DNA from: Enoplolaimus lenunculus
Lineage: Eukaryota
Assembly (NCBI GenBank): GCA_030248215.1
Contig: JASANG010001204.1
Coordinates: forward strand, 310,001-374,000
Length of the DNA stretch: 64,000 bases
Direction: 5' to 3'
Position 1 is the stretch's first letter; the number at the start of each line of letters is the position of its first letter. The notes beneath the pieces are model-generated. The model had not been told where the DNA came from and ran no database searches. It worked only from the letters and a program-made list of their open reading frames with translations. Made by a program: the position numbers and the translations under genes. Shown piece by piece: positions 1-13,900 of the stretch.

Positions 1-21
1 TCCGGTTGTACCCTGCTAAAT

Positions 22-350
22 ATCAATTTCCCGGGTAATATCCCAATTTCACAAAATTCCAATTTCTCAAAATACCGAGCGAAAAGGGCTGTGCCCAAAA
101 CACCGAGCGAAAAAGGCTGTGCTTAAAATCCCAATTTCCCGGGTAATATGTTCCCGAATTTCCCAAAATCCCAATTTTCCAAAAATACGAATTTCCCAGA
201 ACCCGACCGAAAAAGGCTGCACCCACAATCCCAATAATATCCTGGGTTAGGTAATATCCCAATTTACCAAAATCCCGTGCGAACAGACTGCGCCCAAAAT
301 CTCAAATTCCTAGCTAAATATTCGAATATCCGAAAGTCCCAATTTCACAG
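22..350. repeat. Degenerate tandem repeat built on the AAAATCCCAATTTCC motif
   Basis: Recurrent tcccaattt / aatttccc / ccgagcgaaaa motifs at irregular spacing. Confidence 0.5.
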
Positions 351-539
351 ATATATCCGTTGAGTATTCCAAACATTGAAGATGTTTTATTTTACAACGA
401 GTGTCGCTTGAAAGATGCAAATATTCACCATGATTTTTAACATAAAGAAAAAATTCGCATACGCGTAAAGTTTTAATATTTTTAGATGAATTTGGCATTC
501 TTAGTATCGCACAGTTGGCCCACGTTACGCTGAGGGCCG

Positions 540-2385
540 TCCCGCTGTCCCGGGACAGTGGGACAGTGGGACAGCGGGACAGTAGGACAGCGGGACTGTC
601 CTACTAACCCATTGTCCCGCTGTCCTCCGTCCCACTGTCCCATTGTCCCGCTGTCCCACTGTCCCTCTGTCCTACTGTCCCACTGTCCCGCTGTCCTACT
701 GTCCCACTGTCCTACTGTCTCACTGTCCTGCTGTCCCACTGTGCTGCACTGTGAATTTCAGTGAGTTGATTTTAACTCAGAATGAGTTAAATCACTCAGT
801 CTGAGTTAGGACTATCAGAACTCAGAATTTTCGGTTGATTCAATTCATTCTGAGTTAATTAATTAACTCGCCCAGAGTCAACTCAACTCACAGTGAGAAT
901 CAAGTCAACTCAGAGTGAGTTAAAGCATTCTGTTATTAACTCAGAAATAACTAACTTTCCGCCCGAGTTAATCAATTAACTCATTGGAATTTACAGTGTA
1001 CTGTCCCGCTGTCCTACTGTCACGCTGTCCTACTGTCCCGATGTCCCACTGTCCCGCTGTGCCACTCTCCTACTGTCCCGCTGTCCTACTGTCCTGCTGT
1101 CCCGCTGTCCGACTGTCCCGCTGTCCTACTGTACCGCTGTCCCACTGTCTGTCCTACTGTCCCGCTGTCCTACTGTCCCGCTGTCCCACTGTCCCACTGT
1201 CCTACTGCCCTACTGTCCCGCTGTCCTGCCGTCTTACTGTCCCGCTGTCCTACTGCCCCGTTGTCCCGCTGACCTACTGTCCCGCTGTTCCACTGTCCCG
1301 CTGTCCCACTGTCCTACTGTCCCACTGTCCTACTGTCCCGCTGTCCTACTGTCCCGCTGTCCTACTGTCCCGCTGTCCTGCTGTCCCGCTGTCCTACTGT
1401 CACGCTGTCCGCTGTCCCACTGTCCCGCTGTCCTACTGTCCCGCTGTCCTACTGTCCCGCTGTCCTACTGTCCAGCTGCCCTACTGTCCCGCGGTCCCAC
1501 TGTCCTACTGTCCCACTGTCCCACTGTCCCGCTGTCATACTGTCCCGCTGTCCTACTGTCCCGCTGTCCCACTGCCCCGCTGTCCTACTGTCCCGCTGTC
1601 CTACTGTCCTGCTGTCCCACTGTCCTACTGTCCCGTTGTCCTACTGTCCCGCTGTCCTGCTGTCCCGCTGTCCCACTGTCCCGCTGTCCACTGTCCCGCT
1701 GTCCTACTGTCCCGCTGTCCTACTGTCCCGATGTCCTACTGTCCTGCTGTCCCGATGTCCCGCTGTCCTACTGTCCCACTGTCCCGCTGTCCTACTGTCC
1801 CGCTGTCCCACTGTCCTACTGTCCCGCTGTCCTACTGTCCCGCTGTCCTACTGTCACGCTGTCCTACTGTCCCGATGTCCCACTGTCCCGCTGTGCCGCT
1901 GTGCCACTGTCCTACTGTCCCGCTGTCCTACTGTCCTGCTGTCCCGCTGTCCGACTGTCCCGCTGTCCTACTGTACCGCTATCCCACTGTCTGTCCTACT
2001 GTCTCGCTGTCCTACTGTCCCGCTGTCCCACTGTCCCACTGTCCTACTGCCCTACTGTCCCGCTGTCCTGCCGTCTTACTGTCCCGCTGTCCTACTGCCC
2101 CGTTGTCCCGCTGACCTACTGTCCCGCTGTTCCACTGTCCCGCTGTCCCACTGTCCTACTGTCCCACTGTCCTGCTGTTACGCTGTCCTACTGTCCCGCT
2201 GTCCTACTGTCCCGCTGTCCTACTGTCCCGCTGTCCCTCTGTCCCGCTGTCCCCCTGTCCCTCTGTCCCTCTGTCCCGCTGTCCTTCTGTCCCGCTGTCC
2301 CACTGTCCCGCTGTCCTTCTGTCCCGCTGTCCTTCTGTCCCGCTGTCCCACTGTTCCGCTGTCCTTCTGTCCCACTGTCCCGGGA
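540..2385 (+). repeat. Tandem 8-bp satellite CTGTCC(CG/TA/CA), interrupted at 747-998
   Basis: Directly visible ctgtcccg/ctgtccta/ctgtccca units, with a higher-order internal duplication (about 1005-1330 vs 1835-2170). Confidence 0.95.
747..998. mobile_element. CACTG...CAGTG MITE (EnSpm/CACTA-like termini) nested in the satellite
   Basis: TIR cactgtgaatttcagtgagtt / aactcattggaatttacagtg and internal aactca/tgagtt repeats. Related copies end at 4572 and start at 46814. Confidence 0.7.
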
Positions 2386-2635
2386 CAGCGGGACGGCCCT
2401 CAGCGTAACATGGGCCAAGGTTACGAACTAACATGGCTCATCACCATTCCGCCCACAGTTAGGTGTATAGTGGCTAGGGTGCAATCGGAATTAAAAACCA
2501 GAGCCAAAGGTCAATAAATTTTGCCTGAGCTGCACGTACCATACCATATGATGACGGACGGCACTGTACGAGTGACCAACGGCGACGTATGAGAAGTATA
2601 GCGCAACCCTAAGACGAACACAAAGACTAAGCGTA

Positions 2636-3073
2636 CTGTAGTGACCCTAATAAGAAGGGGGGACTGATATTTATTTGGCCTCTCCAGAGGGTACCCCCCT
2701 TGTTATTCGGTTACGGACTGTTATTTATTTTTAACCCATGCCCCGTTGCCCTTTGTTACTGATATATATATCCGGTACTGCAATTATCCGTTGAATTAAA
2801 CGTTGTCTTCTGCCAAAAGCTTGAGCGATAATAAGGTTATACTTAGGAATGTACTTTCAAAATTTAAGTACGCTTTAAAGTTTCGAACTCAAATAATTTG
2901 GTCCTGGAGTCATTCATCCGCTACAGTTAGGATTAATTGATATTTACGGACTCTAATTAGGGTTTATGGACTCTATCCGCTTACGGACTGTTATTAGGGA
3001 TACGGAATCCTATTGATTCGTACTCAAAATGGGGACCCCCTCTTATTACCCCCCCTTATTCGTGTCAATACAG
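2636..3073 (+). mobile_element. TA-flanked MITE (CTGTAGTGACCCGAATAAG TIR; Tc1/mariner-pogo-like)
   Basis: TA|ctgtagtgaccctaataag ... cttattcgtgtcaatacag|TA, internal acggactc repeats, multi-copy in window. Confidence 0.8.
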
Positions 3074-3131
3074 TATTTCATTGATCCAGTCATTATGGGT
3101 AAGGAAAAAGTAAACTAGTACCACCACACAG

Positions 3132-3487
3132 TGGCTGGGTTTCTGAAACCTTACTTAAGTAAGTGTACTTAAGTATTTGCTAAGGAATTACTTAGCCCAA
3201 TTTGGTATTTCGAAAAATCTACAAAAGTTAAGTAGCTAAAGTCACTAAAAGTTTTTAGCGCGGGGCATTCCAATCCTTCTAGACTATTGTCCTCGGTCTA
3301 AATTAAAATTGCACACCCAAGGTAACTCTTTAACTTGAAATAAACGTTCGTGCTTGTCGCACTAGAGCGAAACTACCATCTCTTTGTTTTTATCCAAAAA
3401 GGTAAGTATTTAAGTCGGTAGCTTAAATAAAACTTAAGCATATCTTAAGTAGATACTTAAACAAATACGATTTCAGGAACCCAGCCA
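3132..3487. mobile_element. MITE with TIR tggctgggtttctgaaa and internal acttaag repeats
   Basis: tggctgggtttctgaaa ... tttcaggaacccagcca inverted termini. Confidence 0.6.
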
Positions 3488-3586
3488 ATTCTACTCATAC
3501 TATATATACATTCGAACTTCTTTAAGTATACATAACTGACATCACAAATGGCACGGCTAAAATTGTAGAGCAACGTCGAATGCATT

Positions 3587-3754
3587 CGGGCCCGTAGCCA
3601 GAAGAAGGGCAGGGGAGCGGTCAGACACCCTCTAAAAGAATTTTTAGCCTCAGCTAAAAAATTTTCAATATTGCTTGTAAAGTCATTGAAAGCCCTTTTA
3701 TGCTCCACCTGAAAAATGTTTAGCCCCAAGCAAGGTGAGCTTGCTATAGGTCTG
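3587..3754. mobile_element. hAT-like GC-rich MITE (ggcccgtagccag family)
   Basis: Termini cgggcccgtagcca ... gctataggtctg. Homologous to 57255-57426 and 7615-7946. Confidence 0.6.
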
Positions 3755-4344
3755 CTTACTGTTTTTTGACGCAATATCGACAAATCGTTGATGTCAAATT
3801 TTACAAAAAAACGACATTTACAACAATTTACTCTATTTTAAAAATCATATTATTTTACTTGTAAAAATTTTATGTCATAACAAAAATAATTGTGTATAAT
3901 AATGTGTTTAATAAGCTATAGTCAAAGGTCATTTTGACGGATATAAAGACAAATTTCACTACGGTGCATATATGAGCTAATATTGAAGCGCTATTGCGCC
4001 GTTTTATTGTTCGTTGAGTACAACAAATTTCGCAAAAGAAAATAAACAAAGTGTGAATTGGAACTTTTTGAAAATTAAAATATAGCCGTTTTAAATGCGT
4101 AGTAATTTGTAAAATTCTCTACACCTTTGTATCGTTTTGCAGTGTTCTTAGCAAAAATTTAATACAGGTCCAAATGAGTTTCAATCGTGTTGCGATAAAT
4201 AAAATTATAAATTATGCCACATGCGGGTAGCTATGTCATCATTTGTGAGTAGGCGACTGAAACTAAACCGAACCCACTTGCGGTAGATATTGTAGTACTT
4301 GTACCAATGTTTTTTTGACGTCAAGACGGAATTAGTTGGGTTTT

Positions 4345-4572
4345 ACGGGTTCAACTTTAGTTGAAATTCTGCAGATTTAAATCAGTCTGAATTAGGACTT
4401 TCAGAACTCAGAATTTTGAGTTGATGCAATTCATTTTGCGTTAATTAATCAACTCACAACTGATCTCAGAGTGAGAATCAACCCAACTAAGAGTGCGTTG
4501 ATGTTTACTAAATTCAAAAATAACCAACTCGCAAGCTGAATTGCTTAATCAACTCATTGTATATCCACAGTG
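4345..4572. mobile_element. CACTG-family MITE copy (left end decayed)
   Basis: Shares agaactcagaatttt...aactcattg...acagtg with 747-998. Confidence 0.6.
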
Positions 4573-4924
4573 TATATATTGTCTGCGACTGCAGCGTTTG
4601 AAGACCGAAAACAAATTTGTATACAATTTTTTAATTTAGGAAACTTTTCAAATATAATTTTTTTCTTTCTAAAAATAAAGCAAAGCGCTCGTTGCGGTTG
4701 TTGTTATCGTTTCGATGCTTTGCGCATAATTAATGTTTTGTTTTGACTACAGCTGATATTTTAAAACCACAACTGCTCAAAACACTTCGTGGGTAGGGAA
4801 TTTAAAAAATTTTGAGTCTATTAAGTAGCTGTACTTGGCTTTGGCTGTTGCGAGTGAGCGCCATGCGACTCTATTCTGGGTTTGCGGCAAGTCCAAAGAA
4901 AGCATTATTAATTGTTCGGTTTTT

Positions 4925-5049
4925 TGGCCAATGTAAAAAACAGCAGTGGAACAGTACAATAAGCATATTCCTAAGCCTCAGCCTAAGCTTAAGCCACACT
5001 TTTCTAGTCCCGCAGAAAAACGTTCCGCTCCTGATCTTTACATGGGCCG
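4925..5049 (-). mobile_element. YGGCC/TTAGGC MITE, short copy
   Basis: tggccaatgtaaa ... tttacatgggccg with cctaag repeats. Confidence 0.75.
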
Positions 5050-5304
5050 GTGTTTCTAAAACGCAACCAAAACTCACTACAGAGGTTATAGGGCTAATTG
5101 ACCCATTGGTATACGATTTTTGCGGACACAAATGAAGACAGAATCGCGATGATAATTTCGTGAGCGAAACACGTGTACCAAAACGCTATTGTACGGAATG
5201 GTACATAATCTCAATACAAAAGTTTTTTAAGCAACGATTGAACAACAGAACTCATTTTCTTCGAAAAAATTTGTTTGCTTAGCAGTACAGTTCCTCTATA
5301 ATAT

Positions 5305-5744
5305 CTGTAGTGACTCGAATAAAATTTGGGTAATAAGAGGGAGGGTCTCCATTTTGAGATCCAATCAATAGGATTCCGTAACCCTAAGAAGAGTCCGTAA
5401 ACGGATAGAGTCCCTAAACACTAATTAGAGTCCATAAGTGTAAATTATCCCTAATTTTGTGTATAAATGACTTCAGGCTAAATATAGTTGAGTTGGAAAC
5501 TTTAAAGTATACTTAAGTTTGAAAGCATATTCCTAATGTTATAACCTTGCATGATCACTTAAGCTTTTGATACAAGACAAATAAACGTTTAACTCAACGG
5601 ATAGTTGCCATACCAGATATACATCTGCAACGAAGGGCGGTGGAGTGTGGGTTAAAACGAAATAACAGTCTGCAACCGAGTTACGGGAGGGGCTATTTTC
5701 TGCAGAGGCCAAATCAGTCTCCCCTCTTATTCGGGTGGCTACAG
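5305..5744 (-). mobile_element. TA-flanked CTGTAGTGACC MITE
   Basis: ctgtagtgactcgaataa ... ttattcgggtggctacag|TA. Confidence 0.8.
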
Positions 5745-7095
5745 TACTTATCAATTTTAAATTTAAGATAACGTCAAACTCAAAAATTTATACCTTAAGA
5801 AAGTGACAATATGCTTACCCAAGGTCTAATGTCGTTTGAGGCAACGGGAAACTGCTGCTTAGTTCTCCAAAATAAAAAATTTACAGTTTCCTACGCCATC
5901 CCTATTAGCTTTGCTCCATTCGCGTAACAATAATCAACCCGGACGCCTAAGCAAAATGAAAAATCTGGGCAACGCAGCGAGTAAACAGAAACTGCAGTTT
6001 ACAGCAATTAAATTCTGTATTTGTGATTTACAATTTCACTAGTTCACTAAACAAATATTTCATTTCACATAGACTGCAAGCGGAATTGCAACAAAACAAG
6101 CAAGTTGTTTACGGTTTGAAGCACAAAATATTTTAGTGATTTCGGTTGCGAAACAGTCAGTTTAATGTTTATTGTACTAAATTGCGTTATTAATAAATTG
6201 CTGTTTGTTGCAAGCGAGTAATGTATTAGCAGGATGTAACCTGATATCCGCATCAGGTAAAACTCTGTCACTGTTTCTATTTTGGCTACGAATTAGTAGA
6301 AATTCCGTTATGTTATGCTCATACTAAATCGATAAACAATTTAGTATTATATATTTTGGCAGCAGAGGATACAGAAATTTCTGACGGAGGGCGGGGTGGA
6401 AAAACTTATGAAATGCAATTTTTACTCCATGCTATGTATTTGTGGTAATTTTCTGCGGGGCAAAATTTGTCGTTACAATTTGTTTTCAAATCATATAACT
6501 GTCCATATCGAAGTAAAAATCAACAAAATCCATCCTAAAATCCGAAACATGGCTGTTCGCTATTTGTTCGCAAAATTTTACAAAATCCTGTAAATCCTTT
6601 CAATTCTGTTGGCATTGAAAACAAACCAACATTATGCAACTTCCACAATAACATGCGTACACCAGGTGACTTTTGAGGGAGTAGTGTCATGAACACTGAA
6701 GCTTTTTTAGCTTCAGTATCCTCGATATCAGCTTTGTTATTTTGTCCATTATACGTTTCCTGTTTGTTTTAATACTCTTATCCGTTCAACATTGTAGTAT
6801 AAACCTATTTTATTGTAATGAATGAGCCAATAGATGAAGCATTTTACCTAATATTTCTTGTAAGAAATTCAATGAAAGCGTTAGATCCTTTAGTCTACCA
6901 AGACGACCGAAATTTTTTTCAAATTATACACTCCTGAAAATACACCCTCGCTCCTTGAGAGTACAAATTTTGCACAGACACAAAGCGTGAACACATATTA
7001 AATGTGACAGATTGCATGCATTGTTTATCGAGTTTACGTTTTATATATACTTGGTTTGTGAAAAACTTTTTCGACTGGTTTTTTGGTTTTTGAAA

Positions 7096-7293
7096 CAGCC
7101 CATGTTACTTTAAGGGGCTTCAGGTTTCTGGTGGGTCTATAAATGAGTAGGTTTAGATTCTAGATGACATGGTTTTGCTTAGGCTTAGGCTTAGGCTTAG
7201 GCTTAGGTGCACACTTTTGCAACGCGTAGGCTTAGGCTTAGGCTTAGGAATACGCTTAATCTACTGTTACGCCCCTTAAAGTAACACAGGCCT
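7096..7293 (+). mobile_element. YGGCC/TTAGGC MITE (gttac subfamily)
   Basis: TIRs, (ttaggc)n core, perfect 6-bp TSD ttgaaa. Confidence 0.85.
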
Positions 7294-7614
7294 TTGAAAC
7301 TATACACCAAAACAATTCACGTAGGTACACTGACAATTTGACAAATTGTATTTTTTATTGACATAATTTAAATTTTAAAACATATAATCTACTTTTTACT
7401 AATTAGTGTTACGCGGTCGCAGCCACCAACCACCGCTTCCATGCTGACAATAGTTTTAGAGGAAATTTTTTTCTACGACTAAATAATATTTTTCATGCGT
7501 AAGGTTTTCCGGAAAACATACAAATATATACAAAAAACAATTAATGGGATATTAATATAAAATAAACGGATTTATTTGAAATCTGAATATAAGTATATAA
7601 ACCAAGAGCGCAGT

Positions 7615-7946
7615 CAGGCAGGGCTGAGGGGGGCTAAATCCGTTTTGTGGCTTTTGTCCAGGGTAAATTTTAGGAACCTTTCAATTGGCAAACACCAAAA
7701 ACCGACGCATAATACCTGTATACCGTGATCTCACCTTTCCGAAATCTTAACAACCACGTTACGGCTACGATCCTGTACAAACTGCAAAAATCATTTTTGT
7801 TTTACATCGCAGTCCCTTGGAAAAATTTTGCCCCCCCCCCCCAGAAAGTTTTCAATCTTGCTTGTAACTCATTGAAAACCTTTGAATGCCCATCCTAAGA
7901 AATGACTAGCCCCTCCTAGCAATAAGGCGAGCTGGCTACGGGCCTG
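7615..7946. mobile_element. hAT-like GC-rich MITE
   Basis: Ends gagctggctacgggcctg, homologous to other ggcccgtagcc copies. Confidence 0.55.
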
Positions 7947-10900
7947 TTTTTACTGGATGAATAGTTTTTAGGGCCAGTATAGAACAAAGCAAATTGGAAA
8001 CCTTCTATAAGCTGGATTATTGATTAATTTATACAACATTTATCACCAGTTAGCGATAGGTTTTCATGCACTGAACAAAACTGCTGCGAATTGTGGATCT
8101 ATAAAATTGATAAAAAGTAGGACAAATCAAATTTGTTCAAATCTTGCTGAAGTTCGAACCTCATCGTTAATTGGATCGAAAACTACAAGTTTGATTACAA
8201 GCTGATAATAGATGCTGCACATATTTGCGAACGCCGGCGTAGATCAAACACTGTTACTGTTAGCAAATTAATATCAGTTTAGTTATTGAAATAAACGCAG
8301 ATTGCAAAAAAAGTTTGCTGGACGAATGTTCTAGAAGCCCACTTTGAAAACAGAACATCACCATCCTTGTTAATATTTGTCAAATATGTTGCATTCGGTT
8401 AAGTGTGTGTTCTATTTTCAAATAGGCTGCATGAACAAAAATAGACGATGATTTTTGGTTGTTCAAAAGCTAAACTACAATCAATATTGATAAGTTAACT
8501 CATCGAAAGCAATTTAATAGAGAAATAATACCGAATTTTTACGCAAAGTATCACAGCAAGTAGGATTAATATTAAAATTTCGAAATTACGACTCCGATTG
8601 ATTGTGCAGTCGGAAGTGGAATCAGAACTCGTTTTGAATCTAAATTCTAATCCAAATCGAAAATTCTGACTGCACAATATGGAGACGTTTTCCAATTTTT
8701 TTTATTATCCTCTTGCTGTGATACTTGCGTAAAATCAGTATTCTCTATAAAGCTTCATATTAACTATCGATATGATTATTAGCTTGAACAACAAAAATCA
8801 TAACTTTATGTCATGCAGCCTATTGAAAATCAAACACACACTAACCGAATGCAAAATATGAGCAAATATAACAAGGATGATAATGCTGTTTCAAAGTGGG
8901 CTTCTAGAACATCGTCAGCAAACTTTTGCAATCTGCGTTATTCAATAACTAAACGAGATATGCTAGACGACAGTGTTGATCTACGCGCCGGCGAGCCAAA
9001 TGCAGCATCTATATCAGCTGTAATGCCGAACTTAGTTTTCAATCCAATAACGATGAGTAAAACTACAAGCAAGATTGAACAAATTGATTTGTCCCTTTTT
9101 ATCAATTATAGATCCACAATCGCAGCAGTTTGTTCAAGTGCATGAAAACCTATAGCTAACTGATCAATTAAATTTGTATAAAATGGATAATGGGGCTTAA
9201 AACCCTCTATACTGGCCTTAAAAACTATTCATGCCAGGAAAGGCGCGTAGCCAGCTCGGCCTTATTGCTAGGAGGGGCTTGTCATTTCTTTGGATGGGCA
9301 TTCAAGGTTTTATCAATTATTTACAAGCAAGATTGAAAACTTTCTGGGGGTCAGGGATAGTGTAAAATTTTTCAAAACTTGATTTTTGCAGTTTGTACAG
9401 GATCGTAGCCGTAACGTGGTTGTTAGGTTTTCGGAAAGGTGGGGGGTGGCGGTATACAGGTATTATGCGTCGGTTTTTGTGTTTGCCAATTGAAGGTTTC
9501 TAAAATTACCCTGGACAAAAGCCACAAAACGGATTTAGCCCCCCTCAGCCCTGCCTGACTGCGCTCTTGGTTTATATACTTATATTCAGATTTCAAATAA
9601 ATCCGTTTATTTTATATTAATATCCCATTAATTGTTTTTTGTATATATCTGTATGTTTTCCGGAAAAGCTTATGCATGAAAAATATTATTTAGTCGTAGA
9701 AAAAATTTCCTCTAAAACTATTGTCAGCATGGAAGCGGTGGTTGGTGGCAGCGACCGTGTAACACTAATTAGTAAAAAGTAGATTATATGTTTTAAAATT
9801 TAAATTATGTCAATAAAAAATACAATTTGTCAAATTGTCAGTGTACCTACGTGAATTGTTTTGGTGTATAGTTTCAAAGGCCTGTGTTACTTTAAGGGGC
9901 GTAAAAGTAGATTAAGCGTATTCCTAAGCCTAAGCCTAAGCCTACGCGTTGCAAAAGTGTGCACCTAAGCCTAAGCCTAAGCCTAAGCCTAAGCAAAACC
10001 ATGTCATCTAGAATCTAAACCTACTCATTTATAGACCCACCAGAAACCTGAAGCCCCTTAAAGTAACATGGGCTGTTTCAAAAACCAAAAAACCAGTCGA
10101 AAAAGTTTTTCACAAACCAAGTATATATAAAACGTAAACTCGATAAACAATGCATGCAATCTGTCACATTTAATATGTGTTCACGCTTTGTGTCTGTGCA
10201 AAATTTGTACTCTCAAGGAGCGAGGGTATACTTTCAGGAGTGTATAATTTGAAAAAAAATTCGGTCATCTTGGTAGACTAAAGGATCTAACGCTTTCATT
10301 GAATTTCTTACAAGAAATATTAGGTAAAATACTTCATCTATTGGCTCATTCATTACAATAAATTAGGTTTATACTACAATGTTGAACGGATAAGAGTATT
10401 AAAACAAACAGGAAACGTATAATGGACAAAATAACAAAGCTGGTATCGAGGATACTGAAGATAAAAAGCTTCAGTGTTCATGACACTACTCCCTCAAAAA
10501 AGTCACCTGGTGTACGCATGTTATTGTGGAAGTTGCATAATGTCGGTAAATGCCAACAGAATTGAAAGGATTTACAGGATTTTGTAAAAATTTTGCGAAC
10601 AAATAGCGAACAGCCATGTTTCGGATTTTAGGATGGATTTTGTTGATTTTTACTTCGATATGGACAGTTAAACGATTTGAAAACAGAAATAAACTAGCGG
10701 ATCACAAGATACGAACGTCAGAAAATTTTTTTGAGATAAAATGGTAACGATAAATTTTGCCCCGCAGAAAATTACCACAAATATATAGCATGGAGTAAAA
10801 ATTGCATTTCATAAGTTTTTACACCCCGCCCTCCTTCAGAAATTTGTGTATCCTCTGCTGCCAAAATATATAATACTAAATTGTTTATCGATTTAGTATG

Positions 10901-13900
10901 AGCATAACATAACGGAATTTCTACTAATTCGTAGCCAAAATAGAAACTGTGACAGATTTTTACCTGATGCGGATATCAGGTTACATCCTGCTAATACATT
11001 ACTCGCTTGCAACAAACAGCAATTTATTAATAACGCAATTTAGTACAATAAACATTAAACTGACTGTTTCGCAACCGAAATCACTAAAATATTTTGTGCT
11101 TCAAACCGTAAACAACTTGCTTGTTTTGTTGCAATTCCGCTTGCAGTCTATGTGAAATGAAATATTTGTTTAGTGAACTAGTGAAATTGTAAATCACAAA
11201 TACAGAATTTAATTGCTGTAAACTGCAGTTTCTGTTTACTCGCTGCGTTGCCCAGATTTTTCATTTTGCTTAGGCGTCCGGGTTGATTATTGTTACGCGA
11301 ATGGAGCAAAGCTAATAGGGATGGCGTAGGAAACTGTAAATTTTTTATTTTGGAGAACTAAGCAGCAGTTTCCCGTTGCCTCAAACGACATTAGACCTTG
11401 GGTAAGCATATTGTCACTTTCTTAAGGTATAAATTTTTGAGTTTGACGTTATCTTAAATTTAAAATTGATAAGTACTGTAGCCACCCGAATAAGAGGGGA
11501 GACTGATTTGGCCTCTGCAGAAAATAGCCCCTCCCGTAACTCGGTTGCGGACTGTTATTTCGTTTTAACCCACACTCCACCGCCCTTCGTTGCAGATGTA
11601 TATCTGGTATGGCAACTATACGTTGAGTTAAACGTTTATTTGTCTTGTATCAAAAGCTTAAGTAATCATGCAAGGTTATAACATTAGGAATATGCTTTCA
11701 AACTTAAGTATACTTTAAAGTTTCCAACTCAACTATATTTGGCCTGAAGTCATTTATACACAAAATTAGGGTTAATTTACACTTATGGACTCTAATTAGT
11801 GTTTAAGGACTCTATCCGTTTACGGACTCTTCTTAGGGTTACAGAATCCTATTGATTGGATCTCAAAATGGAGACCATTCCTCTTATTACCCAAATCTTA
11901 TTCAAGTCACTACATATATTATAGAGAAACTGTACTGCTAAGCAAACAAATTTTTTCGAAGAAAATGAGTTCTGTTGTTCAATCGTTGCTTAAAAAACTT
12001 TTGTATTGAGATTATGTACCATTCCGTACAATAGCGTTTTGGTACACGTGTTTCGCTCACGAAATTATCATCGCGATTCTGTCTTCATTTGTGTCCGCAA
12101 AAATCGTATACCAATGGGTCAATTAGCCCTATAACCTCTGTAGTGAGTTTTGGTTGCTTTTTAGAAAAATCGGCCCAAGTAAACATTAATAACGGAACGT
12201 TTTTCTGTGGGACTGAAAAAGAGTGGCTTAGGCTTAGGCTGAGGCTTAGGAATATGCTTATTGTACTGTTCCACTGCTGTTCTTTACATTGGCCAAAAAA
12301 CCGAACAATTAATAATGCTTTCTTTGGACTTGCCGCAAACCCAGACTAGAGTCGCATGGCGCTCACTCGCAACAGCCAAAGCCAAGTACTGCTACTTAAT
12401 AGACTCAAAAATTTTTAAATTCCCTACCCACGAAGTGTTTTGAGCAGTTGTGGTTTTAAAATATCAGCTGTAGTCAAAACAAAACATTAATTATGCGCAA
12501 AGCATCGAAACGATAACAACAACCGCAACGAGCGCTTTGCTTTATTTTTAGAAAGAAAAAAATTATATTTGAAAAGTTTCCTAAATTAAAAAATTGTATA
12601 CAAATTTGTTTTCGGTCTTCAAACGCTGCAGTCGCAGACAATATATACACTGTGGATATACAATGAGTTGATTAAGCAATTCAGCTTGCGAGTTGGTTAT
12701 TTTTGAATTTAGTAAACATCAACGCACTCTTAGTTGGGTTGATTCTCACTCTGAGATCAGTTGTGAGTTGATTAATTAACGCAAAATGAATTGCATCAAC
12801 TCAAAATTCTGAGTTCTGAAAGTCCTAATTCAGACTGATTTAAATCTGCAGAATTTCAATAAAGTTGAACCCGTAAAACCCAACTAATTCCGTCTTGACG
12901 TCAAAAAAACATTGGTACAAGTACTACAATATCTACCGCAAGTGGGTTCGGTTTAGTTTCAGTCGCCTACTCACAAATGATGACATAGCTACCCGCATGT
13001 GGCATAATTTATAATTTTATTTATCGCAACACGATTGAAACTCATTTGGACCTGTATTAAATTTTTGCTAAGAACACTGCAAAACGATACAAAGGTGTAG
13101 AGAATTTTACAAATTACTACGCATTTAAAACGGCTATATTTTAATTTTCAAAAAGTTCCAATTCACACTTTGTTTATTTTCTTTTGCGAAATTTGTTGTA
13201 CTCAACGAACAATAAAACGGCGCAATAGCGCTTCAATATTAGCTCATATATGCACCGTAGTGAAATTTGTCTTTATATCCGTCAAAATGACCTTTGACTA
13301 TAGCTTATTAAACACATTATTATACACAATTATTTTTGTTATGACATAAAATTTTTACAAGTAAAATAATATGATTTTTAAAATAGAGTAAATTGTTGTA
13401 AATGTCGTTTTTTTGTAAAATTTGACATCAACGATTTGTCGATATTGCGTCAAAAAACAGTAAGCAGACCTATAGCAAGCTCACCTTGCTATGGGGCTAA
13501 ACATTTTTCAGGTGGAGCATAAAAGGGCTTCCGATGACTTTACAAGCAATATTGCAAATTTTTTAGCTGAGGCTAAAAATTCTTTTAGAGGGTGTCTGAC
13601 CGCTCCCCTGGCCTTCTTCTGGCTACGGGCCCGAATGCATTCGACGTTGCTCTACAATTTTAGCCGTGCCATTTGTGATGTCAGTTATGTATACTAAGAG
13701 GAGTTAAGTATATATAGAATGTGAGGAGAGGCTGGGGCCCGTGAACGCGCACTTGTTTAAGATCTTCCTTAGGTGGCTAGTTTTTTAGCCCCGCCTAAAT
13801 ACTTACCTTTTTGGATAAAAACGAAGGGACGCGATCTTGCCCCAGGGGCCAGCCCGACGCTTTTTCAGAAAGCTACCTGGGGGCAAAATTAGACCGAGGA

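Larger units (their letters stand above)
516..2417. mobile_element. Non-autonomous TIR element (YGGCC family) filled with 8-mer satellite
   Basis: ~45-bp near-perfect terminal inverted repeats tggcccacgttacgctgagggccgtcccgctgtcccgggacag ... ctgtcccgggacagcgggacggccctcagcgtaacatgggcca. Same termini as the TTAGGC MITEs. Flanks cacagt/aggtta show no TSD. Confidence 0.75.

Noticed and set aside
482..2517. Long Cys/Pro-rich ORFs (up to 376 aa)
   Set aside because: They are translations of the stop-poor 8-mer satellite, open in several frames at once.
7175..7250. (TTAGGC)n as a real telomere or as evidence of a nematode host
   Set aside because: Arrays are short, interstitial, in both orientations and bounded by MITE sequence.
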